DNA of 64,000 nt from Naegleria gruberi. Taxonomy: Eukaryota. The DNA lies in assembly GCA_000004985.1 (NCBI GenBank), contig GG738899.1; one strand, 5' to 3'. The stretch's first letter is position 1, and each line of letters starts with the position of its first letter. The translations under genes were made by a program, and so were the position numbers. The notes under the pieces are model-generated. The model saw only the letters and a list, made by a program, of their open reading frames with translations, had not been told where the DNA came from and did not search any database. Shown here piece after piece: positions 10,559 through 21,811 of the stretch.

Positions 10559-12763
10559 ATGAACAGGTGCCACTTGGTCAACCATGTTTTTCTTTTTCTT
10601 CTCATTGTTGTTATTGTATTCACATGTGGTACATGTAATGGCAACATGTTGCTCCAAGGCAACGATCAAACAGTCTATTACACACTTTACAATAGCATTC
10701 ATCAGAAGGACTATGTATTTCCATATACCTTCCTAAAAGCTTACATGTTGAAAGATAACCCAAAATTACTTTCGTTTAATGTAACAAGGAGTGGCGTTAT
10801 TGATTTATTGAAAGATGAGAAGATGGTAAAAAGTTTAAGAATTGGAATTGTCTCCTCGTGGGATACGACTAAAGACTATCGACAGATCATGAATGATTTC
10901 TTTCGATTTTATCAGCTAGAACACATTGTTGAACAAGTTTCGTTTACAATAGGTAGATATGGCACCTGTCAAGCAAATATTTTCGATAATTTTGACATTA
11001 TTTTCTCACACAACCAAATGTTTTATATGTGGATAAGGATTTTTAGAAATGGGAATCGATCTTACAAGATGGACGACTTTTTATCAGTAACCCTAGCTCC
11101 ATTCTATGTATTTGTTATTACAGAACCTTTGGGACCAATAGAAGAGTATACGGTTCATAATCTTGTATGGAACACAACGTGTAATGATGATGGACTTGAT
11201 TTTATTTCACAACTTGTAAATATTGCTCGTTATGAAACTAAGGTGGAGTACTTTTTCTACACTTCTAAAAGTGGAAATGGCACTCTTTTTGAGAGAGAAG
11301 ACAGATTGTTTATGAGTAGTATGAATGGATTTGATATCATGTATGTTTCTTCACAAGTAGCAGATAATTGGAAGAACAAGATTGTAAACTATTACAATAT
11401 TAATGAAAATACCTCATACCAATCATATCTCCTTCCTCAATGCACCGCTTGTAAGAATGATTATTGTGAAGAGTTTGTATTTGCTGATACTGATTACTGG
11501 ATTATACCTGTAACTCTTTTAATGATCATTCATTATTGTGTAATTTTCTTCTCTGGCTCTTTCAGAACACCAGCATTGAAGATTCGTCTGCTCATACCAT
11601 ATCTGTTACCGATTATTGTTTTTTACTTTGAGATCCACTTTTCTATTATCATTGTTTATAGTTGTAAAAATGTCAGAAATGCCATTAGCGGTTTCATTCT
11701 GACAGGTGGTATTCTGACCTATGCTTTTACAATTATTAGAGTATACTATCTTAGAAACTTGTATCACATTATCAATACAAGAAATATTGAATCCTCTATT
11801 AGGAATATTGCATTCCAAAGAAAGATTTCAGGTCCTCTACCTGGAATATTGCTCACTGGAGGAATAGCATTAATGTTAGTTCCAATATTTGGTTCACCAT
11901 ATTTGGTAGCTATTAGCTCTATAGATGAAATGGATAATTCAGTAATAGTTTTAAATGCACTCTATGCTGTATACATTGGACTTGGATGTTCAATTGGTGG
12001 TATTGCCATAGTATTGGATCTGGTATTCAATAGGAGAAAGTTGAAAGAAAAAGGATTGAAATATGTCCTATTCTTTGATGATCCATTCTTGATTCGTTTA
12101 GAAGTTTTCCTTCTTTCGTTATGTATTGTATTCATTGTTCTAATTTCAATCCCTAGTATTGATTTTCATTCAGCAAGATTTTTCAGATTTATGATTTATG
12201 TCATTGTCATTCTAAACTCTGGTCTTCTTGTATCTTTCAAGCAAATTATTACAAAAGTTTTCAATAGAAAGAAGAAGAATGAAATTTCCAACTTGGAAGT
12301 TTACATGCAAAACTCTGCATTCCAAATAATGATGAAAGAGTATTGTGTGAAAGAAATGTCTTTGGAAAATTATAATTGTTACATGTTTTTGGAACGATTG
12401 AAAGAGAAGACAGATCAATTGATAGATTTGACAGTAATCCAACAATTGGAGAAGGATTACTTCGCGCTTAATTCCATCTATGAGTTGAATATTCCATCAA
12501 ATGTAAGAAAATCATTCTATGAATTACTGAAACAAGTTGAAGATTCACACGCTCAACTCTGTGAAATGGCAGAAAGTAACATGACAGGCATGAACACTTC
12601 TCATGAAAATTCCTCTATACCAAAATATTCTGATTTGATAGAACTTGTGAACATCAATATTATTAGTAATTTGGGGGATACACTCTCAAGGTTGGAAGTA
12701 ACGAACGAATATCAGGTCTGGCAAGAATTGTATGATATCCAATCTAAATCATCAGTAATTTAA
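10559..12763 (+). CDS. 7TM receptor with C-terminal RGS domain, 734 aa. Shorter paralogue of the large 7TM-RGS genes.
   Basis: Signal peptide MNRCHLVNHVFLFLLIVVIVFTCGTCNG. An extracellular region of about 290 aa has Cys pairs. Seven hydrophobic helices run from about 11500 to 12240. The C-terminal RGS box reads MKEYCVKEMSLENYNCYMFLERLK…IYELNIPSNVRKSFYELL. Confidence 0.75.
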   Translation: MNRCHLVNHVFLFLLIVVIVFTCGTCNGNMLLQGNDQTVYYTLYNSIHQKDYVFPYTFLKAYMLKDNPKLLSFNVTRSGVIDLLKDEKMVKSLRIGIVSSWDTTKDYRQIMNDFFRFYQLEHIVEQVSFTIGRYGTCQANIFDNFDIIFSHNQMFYMWIRIFRNGNRSYKMDDFLSVTLAPFYVFVITEPLGPIEEYTVHNLVWNTTCNDDGLDFISQLVNIARYETKVEYFFYTSKSGNGTLFEREDRLFMSSMNGFDIMYVSSQVADNWKNKIVNYYNINENTSYQSYLLPQCTACKNDYCEEFVFADTDYWIIPVTLLMIIHYCVIFFSGSFRTPALKIRLLIPYLLPIIVFYFEIHFSIIIVYSCKNVRNAISGFILTGGILTYAFTIIRVYYLRNLYHIINTRNIESSIRNIAFQRKISGPLPGILLTGGIALMLVPIFGSPYLVAISSIDEMDNSVIVLNALYAVYIGLGCSIGGIAIVLDLVFNRRKLKEKGLKYVLFFDDPFLIRLEVFLLSLCIVFIVLISIPSIDFHSARFFRFMIYVIVILNSGLLVSFKQIITKVFNRKKKNEISNLEVYMQNSAFQIMMKEYCVKEMSLENYNCYMFLERLKEKTDQLIDLTVIQQLEKDYFALNSIYELNIPSNVRKSFYELLKQVEDSHAQLCEMAESNMTGMNTSHENSSIPKYSDLIELVNINIISNLGDTLSRLEVTNEYQVWQELYDIQSKSSVI

Positions 12764-13014
12764 TAAATCTAAACTCATTCCGCACATAGGAATGATTAAT
12801 GTCCAATTGAGACTGGCATACAGTGGCTTAGAAATCATTACCAATTTACCAATTTGAAAACCTGATTGCAGTTTCTATAGGTTGGGCAAGTGGACCAGTC
12901 ATAGGAGGATTGCCAATTCTAGGTTGAATTGGGCCGATAGTTTGGAAAAGTCATATCCTAACAGTTGGATTTCAAAATTCCCACTCATTGAACCTTTTGG
13001 GAAAGATCTCCACA

Positions 13015-14343
13015 TTATTTAATAGTGCCTAAGGATTGGTATTTTCTATTTTGATATTTGTAATCCATGTACATATCCATTAATTCTCCAACATTCTTTA
13101 AAAGTTGATAGCAATGCTGCAAGTATTCCACATTTTCTTGCAGAGAGGAAGGTTCCAGCTCCTTCTTACTGTCTAGTACAACTGTTGGCTCTCTAAATTT
13201 TTGAACTATGAACCTTAGTTCATTAATTCGCTTCTTGAGCATGGTAATCAAACGATAATAAATATTGATGGGAGCAGATTGGTTGTTTGCTAGGAATGGT
13301 TCGTTTGATGTAATAGATTTCAATAATAACCTCGATGATTCAGTGTCATCGCTATCGTCCTTGTGGAATTTTTCAATTATGCCATCAACTCTTGTTAAAA
13401 CGTTCTGTTTCAAGTGAAATTTTCTTAGAAAATTCATAGCTAATGTATTAGAATATAGATTGGGATAATATTTGTAATATTCTTTTGATAAAAAGTAAGG
13501 AGAGTCTTCATCAAACTTGTGAACTAGCAGTCCAATTAAAAAGCACCATACAGGAATGAAATGTCTTGGAGATAAGCTGAATTCCTTCTTTGTTGGTACT
13601 AATATTGAAAGAATCTTGTCAATCAAATATTGAGATCCGTACACAGTTGCTGGCATATTTTTTCCTATGAATTTGAAAACAAATGATCGATTCAATTTCC
13701 TCAATTCTTCTGTATCTCCAATAAACTTCTCATTCAATTTGTCATCACTCTCTGTTGCAAAATAGAGATAGCAACCATTTAAATAATTATAACCAAATAA
13801 TGCCCAATATTGTGAATAAGTTGAATATCTCACAATAATCGCTTCTTCTACTCCTCCAATTATAATCCTAATCTTGGAATGATTTCCAGACTCTATGTTT
13901 CCGAATTGAAAAACAGTGAATGGATTATCTAAACTTTTTGTACGCCAAACCTCTTCCACAATAATTCTAGAAAGCACCATTTTGATCAACTGTTCAATGA
14001 AAGGTTCCTGTGTTAGGGATGGATGCGAAAATTGCAGAATATCTAAATCTAAATAATTCTGGCTCGGTAATCGTTCTTTTAAACTTTTTGAAACTCTGCA
14101 CTTGTATTCACTAAAGTGGTTTCTAATTTTGTGTTTCCAAAAGAGATCATTGTCGGAGATGATAGACGATGAAATATTTGTTTTTCCCTTTGTATTATTA
14201 CTCAAGAGGTGAAAGTAAAATTCCCACAATTGATTAGAATTGGCAATTTGATGCCACTCTTTACACACGAGGGATAATTTCACAGTGCGAGAATAATCAA
14301 GAAATGAAAAGATGGTGAAGAGAATGTCTTGCAGTTGACTCAT
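13015..14343 (-). CDS. F-box domain protein, 442 aa.
   Basis: ATG at 14343. The N-terminus LQDILFTIFSFLDYSRTVKLSLVCKEWHQIANSNQLWEFYF is an F-box. It converges 3'-to-3' with the 7TM-RGS gene about 250 bp away. Confidence 0.6.
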   Translation of the reverse strand: MSQLQDILFTIFSFLDYSRTVKLSLVCKEWHQIANSNQLWEFYFHLLSNNTKGKTNISSSIISDNDLFWKHKIRNHFSEYKCRVSKSLKERLPSQNYLDLDILQFSHPSLTQEPFIEQLIKMVLSRIIVEEVWRTKSLDNPFTVFQFGNIESGNHSKIRIIIGGVEEAIIVRYSTYSQYWALFGYNYLNGCYLYFATESDDKLNEKFIGDTEELRKLNRSFVFKFIGKNMPATVYGSQYLIDKILSILVPTKKEFSLSPRHFIPVWCFLIGLLVHKFDEDSPYFLSKEYYKYYPNLYSNTLAMNFLRKFHLKQNVLTRVDGIIEKFHKDDSDDTESSRLLLKSITSNEPFLANNQSAPINIYYRLITMLKKRINELRFIVQKFREPTVVLDSKKELEPSSLQENVEYLQHCYQLLKNVGELMDMYMDYKYQNRKYQSLGTIK

Positions 14344-14564
14344 TTTTTTTAAATGTTATTACACCACAATATTTACACTTCACCTCGTTTCTGAAGATCT
14401 AAAATTGATTTTTATTCCTCAAAGTAAACGAGATTTAATCTGTTTGGCATTAGGTCTTCTGGAAGGTTCCCAGCTCAACATTTCAATAATTAATTGGATG
14501 AGTTCTTCGTTTGTTGAGTGGAGTTTCAATTGTTCTTCGACTGAAGCATTCATTTCAGTTTCTG

Positions 14565-16394
14565 TCATGACTCTGAAGGTTGTTTTCTAATATGTGTAAG
14601 TATTATTGAACTGGAAATATTAAAACTTACCAAATCTCTGGTTATTAATTGATAGAAAATCAATCCTAATGAAAATATATCCGAAGCAAAAGATAATTCC
14701 TTATCGTTGTGTCTGCAATGATATTCAGGAATAAATACATTATATAACAATTGATTAGGTATGCCTTTTTCTAATTCTGAAACATCCATGACAGAGTCCA
14801 ATACTGAAATCATAATTTCCATACTCTGCCATGAGGAGAGATGGAAACGAATGTTTTCACAACATAAACCCAAGTGAACTTTCTTTCTCTCATGAATATG
14901 AACTACTGCATCACACAGTTGAGCCATCGCATTCTTGAGAAGAGAGGAAACAATCTTTTCCTCTGTGAGCTTATTTGATTTACAAAAGTCCAATAAGTTT
15001 CCTCCTTTCAAATGAGTAGTAATAATGTAAAAACTCCTCTCATCTGTAAATTCCTCTACCTTTTGAACAATATGTTCATGATGGAACTGATATTGCAAGA
15101 GCTGAATTTGTTAGTTTACAATTAAAATATAACAACTTACATTTTTACAAAATACTCCAAAGTGTAAAAACATGAATGTGGCAACTTCCTTGTCATTATT
15201 CTTGATATCAGCACAAAGGAAACTTATAATACCAGATTCTAAACCAGCAATGTCAATCTTTCTTATCATTTTGTATCTTCCATTGAGAAGAACAGACGAG
15301 TATCTCTTCTTATCATCTTTAGGAACAGCCTCACTTGTAGGATTGGTAACTGGAACTGGAAGTAATATTTGTTCTAATTGTTTCTCCAATGTGAAAAATC
15401 CATTATCTCTAAACGATTCTAATATTCTTACGACTTGATAAGCTTGAGGTCTGAGATAGGCCTTTCTTTGAAGCATGGAAATTACCAGTCTTTGTACGAG
15501 TGGAGGGAATCCATTTCTCTCCAATGTCTTACAAAGTCTGAAATGGGTCGCCGCTTGATTGTTTCTAATTGCTTCATGCATTAGGAATCTTTGACCGTTG
15601 ATTGTCAAATCTCTTTCTAGAGTTAATAACTCATAGAATACACATCCCAACGAAAATATATCACCTGACCTGTCAATTTTAAGATTAGAATCCATATATT
15701 CAGGAGCCATTGTTAATGGTGTTCCCTTTCTACTGACACTTGCTCTTGGATCCCATCTTGTCAACAAACCGAAATCTGAAATCTTACAGAATAGTTTACC
15801 ATTCTTTTCGGAATCAAGAAGAATATTCTCAGATTTCAAATCTCTATAGATGAAATTTTGGTAATGGAGCTGGTCTATTCCTGTTGAAATGTCAATTGCA
15901 AACGAAAGCCACTCTGGGTAATGTAAATAATTTGGATCGTTTCTATACTGATTCAAATGATCAAAAAGAGTTCCGTGAGGGATAAAGTTCATTACTACAT
16001 TGAGTCCATAATCATTGAACATTTCTCCTTTTCTCTCTACGAATTTCTTTACAATTGTTACCAAGTTCTTGTGATCAGATATTTTCATAACTAGATCCAA
16101 ATGTCTATTCATTTCCTTGATTTTATCCTGATCCATAACTTCAGTACATCGTTTAAGGGCTACAAATGAATGAGTAGTTCTGTCAAAACATTTAAAAACT
16201 GCTCCTTCAGTTCCTTCTCCCATCTTTTTCAAAATGATATAGTGGTTTCCATAGACGACCATATTTGGAGGTTTCCACTTTGGTCCATCAGTAGAAAGGC
16301 AATTCATGATAAGATGCTTTAGCAAAAGCAACCCCTTGTTTTCTATTGAAAGCTTGTTCAATTCCCTAATAAGAGTAATTCCAAAATTCCACAT
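14565..16394 (-). CDS. Tandem protein kinase plus C-terminal pseudokinase, 596 aa. Exons 15141-16394 and 14565-15101, intron about 15102-15140.
   Basis: Domain 1 has the Gly-loop GEGTEGAVFKC, VALK, catalytic YRDLKSENILL, DFGL and APEY. Domain 2 is kinase-like but degenerate: HLGLCCENI instead of HRDLKxxN, no DFG, and IPEYH where APE is expected (SDIFSLG conserved). A 39-nt intron (GTAAGT…TTCAG) joins …HFGVFCKN|LLQYQFHHEHIV… in frame. Total is 597 codons. The first ATG is at 16394; the track ORF begins upstream at a GTG. Confidence 0.8.
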
Positions 16395-16472
16395 GTGTGT
16401 ACTGATAAAGTTTGACACTTGTTTTTCTGAAATTCTAATATTGTGTTACTAGTAAATCCAATGCTATCTTAC

Positions 16473-19217
16473 TTACCTCTTGTTAAGAGTATTTGGTCCA
16501 GAAAATCCCTCCTTTTGGAAAAATTTTGAAATAGATTCCTCATGTGAACTCAAAATAGCTGATAATAAAATGTGCTGCTCAGAGTCTACATTGCAGAATG
16601 ATTTGGTGAATGCTTCCTTCTTTGATAATAGTTTGACAGCTAAACAAATTGTGATGGCTATAAAGACAGTTTCTGCTTTTGAAACATAATTGAAAGGAGT
16701 GTTCTTTAGCATACGGAACACGTCCTTCCTATTTTCCTTCACATTAGTTAGATTTAGAATTTGGAAGCAGTAAGATCTCATCTCTTCAAATGTTGTTGGA
16801 ATTACATTTTGTACAACGTTGAGGGTGTTTACAATATCTGTATCAGTATATTTTGATTGATCCGCAATATAATAGTACAACTCTGTTATCCATACTGTCA
16901 TGTTATTCTCAAAACAAAATTGAATTTCCTTTGAAAGAACGTGGGGCTTCATGTTGCTGAAATGATTTTCTCTGAATTGTTCCTTATCCTCCTCAATGCT
17001 GTTGCTTGATGTGATGGATTTGTAAAGGTCGGAAATGTGGTGATAAATCTCAAAATTTTCTCTCTTGGAAAGTTCCTCATTAGAGGTCAGTAAGGCATTT
17101 TCTTTGTCTTTTCATGGGTTAATAGATGCAAGAACATGAAACACTTACCAAAATTTTTAGAAATAATGTGATTGGTTACGAATAGTTTGTTAAAAGAATC
17201 AATACCCAAAAATTCCGAAAGAGTTTTTAAATCTCTTTCAGCACTCTCAGGAATTTGCTTATTGTAAAACATTGATTCATAATCTGAAGAATTGAACTCT
17301 CCAACCAATAGCTTATAAGCTGGCTGGCTGTTAATAAAACTGATAAATAAAGATGTCATTATGATATTTGAAGGTACTGTTACATAGTTTGCCTCTGGAT
17401 TATGAAGACCAGAAGGTAAATTTCCACTATGGGAAGCCATCATTTCGAAAAATGTTGTGCCCCCAATAGTTGTCTTTGAGAAATGAGACATGGATTTCTC
17501 AACTGGTTCAGGAGGGAGCTCCTTCGTAGAGTCAAAATAGTGACGACATCCAAAGAGCAGAGCCTTTGGTACGACAACAAGCTCTCCAGATTTGATCTTC
17601 TTCTTGTCGAGTGTGAAAATGTTTAAACTCTCTGGTGTTGAAATGTTTGCAGTCTCGGTAAAATGCATGAATGCATTGTGGGCAATTTGGAACCTTTCAT
17701 TGAAATACTTGTATACCCCAACAGCTTTGGTCAAGCCACAACTGTACAAAAATCTACCATGGGCTAAATAAATATTAAGTTATAATTATGCAACAATACC
17801 AAATACATACAATTCTTGAATATGGTATCTTCATCCACGGAAACAATGTTATGCTCGATTAATATTTGTTTTGGGATGTAAAAATCAGACGAGCCTCCTG
17901 TTTGATAAACTTTACCGTTCTGCGTAAGGAAAAAACATTCTCCAAATTTACTGCATTTCAAATCCTCAATTTCTATTCCATTTTCCTTAAAGAACGTTAT
18001 TTCCTTAGGTCCATTAAAGGTTCTAGCCAATCCGACTCCGAATATTCCACTCATATTATTTCCCAATCCCCAAATGGTTTGTCTGTCCTTGGCTAAACAC
18101 ATCAATGTTAAACCATCATCATCACTGCATTTTTTTCAATACGTAAGCAAAACTAATTGATGATTCAAGAAACAAACCTGCATGAAATTTTGATAATTTC
18201 CTTTCCAAACAAACTGGTCAGTACTCTAATACATAAGTTACTGGCAACTACTGCATTTTGAGGTTCTGTCAAGGTAGCCAAAAAAGGTGTCAATGTTTCT
18301 GTATCACCAGCGACAAGGACTGTTCCCTCAGCAGTCAAGAAGAAAACACTGTCATCTGTATTTACAGCATCCACAATTCCACTTGTTAAATGTGTAATAC
18401 TGTCGAGATGGAGTGAATTTGGTTTGGTATCGTAAGGCCCCTTGACGAAAATATTCAAACCACAAGCATATGCATTGTAGTCATCGGTGAGAAAAACTGT
18501 GGACCTCTTGAGAATACATATTTTTCTTACTTTTCTATTCTTGAAATTGTAACGGAGAAGAGATGGCACAACAGTGAGAGGCATATTGTGACCTAACCCC
18601 AATCTATAATCATCATTACAACCAGCAACCCAAATATGTTGATCTATTTCAAATTATAAATTCATCATTTTTTAAAAAATTGATAACCTACCACTAACGA
18701 AAAAAGAAGTTTCGTATTGTGAAAATACAGAATGAAATTTAGAAATATCCAAAGTATCTGAGTATTCCTTCTTCAATTGTACTCTGACAGTTGAGAAATC
18801 TTCAACATTTGGCAGCAAATGTTGTCCACAAACTTCATCACTTGATTTGGAAGAAACACAAAATGAATATCTCGATTGATTCAACAATTCATCCAACAAG
18901 ACATTTCTATCCTTATTTTGTTCATTGTCAATATTTAAATTAATTTTCTTTGCATTCTCTCTCACAATTTCAAACATGTAAATAACATCAGATTTAACAA
19001 ATGCCTTTTCTTCTTCCAATGCTGCTTCCTCTTCTTCCTTGTTAACAACAGTACCAATACTCGTATTGGCAGCATCACTAATGGACGCTGACAATGATGA
19101 TGAATTGGAAATTATCAGAGTTTTCCTGTTGAGTCCTCTCTTTAAATGTACAGGTTCGAATCGGTGAGCATTCGATCGGTTTCTATTCGGTCTCGAGAAG
19201 AAATCATCAAATTCCAT
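16473..19217 (-). CDS. RCC1-repeat (beta-propeller) protein with a C-terminal alpha-helical region (possibly BTB/BACK-like), 851 aa. Five exons: 18692-19217, 18178-18643, 17811-18124, 17149-17763, 16473-17107.
   Basis: The exons join in frame through four short introns: 18644-18691 (GTAGGT…AAATAG), 18125-18177 (GTTTGT…TGCAG), 17764-17810 (GTATGT…TTTAG) and 17108-17148 (GTAAGT…AAAAG). The summed CDS is 2556 nt, which is 852 codons. RCC1 signatures include HIWVAGCNDDYRLGLGH and TIWGLGNNMSGIFGVGL. The start codon is uncertain: the frame stays open upstream of the ATG at 19217 (see the in-frame TAA finding). Confidence 0.65.
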
Positions 19218-20060
19218 CAAGTAATCATTTGCTGATTTTTCCTCTTCTTTTTCTTCCAATATTGTTATTGGTGGTGATGAAGCTATTGTTGTAGATGAAG
19301 ATGGAGAGGTAGGTTGTGATGGAAATGAAGAGGGTGATGAAGAAGGTGAAACTGATGATTAGACCAATATTTTGTTTTTCAAATGTTTCATATTGTTAGG
19401 AACAGTGCTTGAAGATGGTGAATCTGGTCGAAACAATCCATCATCACCCAAATCTGTAGTGTCATCGATGGCACTTATTTCCGAGTCCATAGAGGCTAAC
19501 ATGCCTTTCATATTTTTTTATTAGATGGCTTGTTTCAATTTTTAAATTAGGCTTGGAGTGTTTAGGAGTCAACATGACATTTTACGAGACAATTTTGGAA
19601 TTATGCAGAGTTGGGGTAAGTTAGTGCATTGTGTTTGATAATGTTTGATTCAGAATAAAGCCTATTACCTTAACCGCTAAAATGGAAGAGGAATGTTTGG
19701 CTCTCAATCCATTGCATTATTAATAATAAACAATATTTGGTCCTAACCTGAGTGCTGTTTTTCGAGTTGGTGATGAGAGGGAAGAATTGAATTTTCAACA
19801 AAATTGTTTATATTCGTTTGAGGAACAAGATTGGAAGTGCAGAAGAGTTACATGGAAGATTTTGGTCTGTTCTAGAGAGAGGAGAAACGTGGGAGAAGGT
19901 GAATGTCACATGGTTGATCTTCAATGAGTTTATTGAATGAATACTGCTTTTATTTTGGATACTCTTGACTGTAGTGGTAAGTGTGATATTCATTATTGAA
20001 ATTAAATATTTTTGTAATTTGTTAAATATTTAAATTGTTTTTTTTTAATAATTTAAAAAA

Positions 20061-20516
20061 ATGAATACAAAGCAACAAGAGGATTCTTCAATGTCAAAAG
20101 AAGAGGTAGAATTGTTGAATAAACTCATGACGGATAAAACTTTAAATCCAACATCAAAAGAGGAATTACAAACAACACGTATCCCGAAGGATGATAGTAA
20201 ATTTCAACAATTACAAAAGGCACTAGATGATTGTTCAAAGAAGGCTCACACCTTCCTGTATTCATCAATTTCCTTGGGTGCTTCCGTTCCGATGGTTTTA
20301 ATTTTCAAAACAATGAAGCCTTTGTACATTTTACCACTTGTTGGTGGTGCTGTTGATTTGTACAAGAGCTCTCAAAATTGTAAGAATGAAAGAGAGGCTT
20401 TTGATACCTATTTGCTAAAGAGAAGAAAATGGGAATTACTCTCCGAAGCTAAGAGATTGGAAATGGAAAAGAATGCTCTCCAAGATGAATTACAAAAGAG
20501 AAGACAATCAAAATAA
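20061..20516 (+). CDS. Small hypothetical protein (151 aa) with a hydrophobic/Gly-rich helix and a C-terminal coiled coil.
   Basis: ATG at 20061. The sequence reads …SISLGASVPMVLIFKTMKPLYILPLVGGAVDLYK…EAKRLEMEKNALQDELQKRRQSK. No family was recognised. Confidence 0.45.
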   Translation: MNTKQQEDSSMSKEEVELLNKLMTDKTLNPTSKEELQTTRIPKDDSKFQQLQKALDDCSKKAHTFLYSSISLGASVPMVLIFKTMKPLYILPLVGGAVDLYKSSQNCKNEREAFDTYLLKRRKWELLSEAKRLEMEKNALQDELQKRRQSK

Positions 20517-21811
20517 TATGCTATCAACAATATATTGGCTGTGCTCATCAGAATTTAGGAACAATTTTGGAAATTGAAGTATATTGAACCCTGTGTGGAA
20601 AGAATATAATAATACGATTTTTCACCAATGTGTTAAATCAAATGTTGATTGATCGTGTTCTTGAACAACAGTAGTTATTATATTATAGGGAATAAAATAT
20701 CTATTTGTTGTGAACAACAGGTTCATCCCTTTTCGGAAAATTAAATCCCTTAATGATCAATCGTCACGATGCGTTGTTAGATGCAAAAACTCTAATTATT
20801 GCTTGATGAACTAGACAAATGTTGCCCTTACTATAGGAATGAATACAGAGCACTCATTCTCAAAATTAAGAGGCTACTTATTAAAGTAAAAGTTATAAGC
20901 AATTTTTGATCAATCTTCTATAGACTCTTGATTGGACAAATATGAGTTCTGTTTGCTCAAATTAAGATCACAGTACTACTTCTTTACTCTGTAAAGATGA
21001 ACCTCAACGTTGAGCAAAAAAAAATTGTTTCAAGCCGAAACTTTGGTACATTTAGGTGCATCTTTGAAAACTCGGGAAAACTCAAAACTAGTCTTGGCCG
21101 TATCTTGTTATTTAAGCATCCTAAAGTGGCTGCCTAACACTCTCAAACAAGGCAATGTTAATATAAGCAGCCCCAAAGCGGCAAGCTGCGCCCACAACAA
21201 ATCAAAGAAAGTGCCCCCTGCAAAATGTTATTAAGGCAAGAGTTAGAAAACCACTGGTAGAATATAGAATAATTGCCCTTATGCATAATTCTTATGGAAC
21301 AACTCTCTTGACCGTAATCCAAAGTACAATTCTGGCGCCGTGTGTCTTGCCATCTTTTCAGCCTTGATCAGATTTTGAAAGCTGTTTAATGTGTGGGTTA
21401 ATGAGCACAAACGTAAGATGCCATGTTTCGAAGTCAAATTAGGGCAAACGGTCGTTCAAGTTTGTTTGCTCAAACACAAATTGTAAATATTTATTCAACT
21501 CTAAAACAACACACACAACACTAATCAGCAGCAAGCGTCGAGATAGAACATTAGTGAGGAGCTTTTATCAACCTTTAATACAACAATTTCCTCTCTTAAA
21601 GAGTGTTTTCATATTGAAAATAAGACTCGCGACATTGTTAAATAACATCAACATCATCAATATCACTCGTCTTCAACCTTATTAAAATCGTATGAGCTTT
21701 GATATATCATTGTTCCTATTTTTAAAAAGCAACATCATCATCTTAATTTATATATATCAAATACAAGCATCAAATAATATATAACAAAAACCAATAACAT
21801 TATAAAACTCT

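Noticed and set aside
16422-16471. Apparent 50-nt intron (GTAAGTAAGATAG…TTTCAG) that would fuse the RCC1 gene's last exon to the kinase gene.
   Set aside because: The RCC1 frame reaches its TAA exactly at the would-be donor. Any splice into the kinase exon lands in a frame that hits TAG within about 60 nt. The two are separate, tightly packed genes 78 bp apart.
21010-21234. 74-aa ORF in the 20.5-21.8-kb gene-free interval.
   Set aside because: It is no longer than random expectation for this GC content, has no start context or domain, and lies in the GC-richer island that is more plausibly non-coding.
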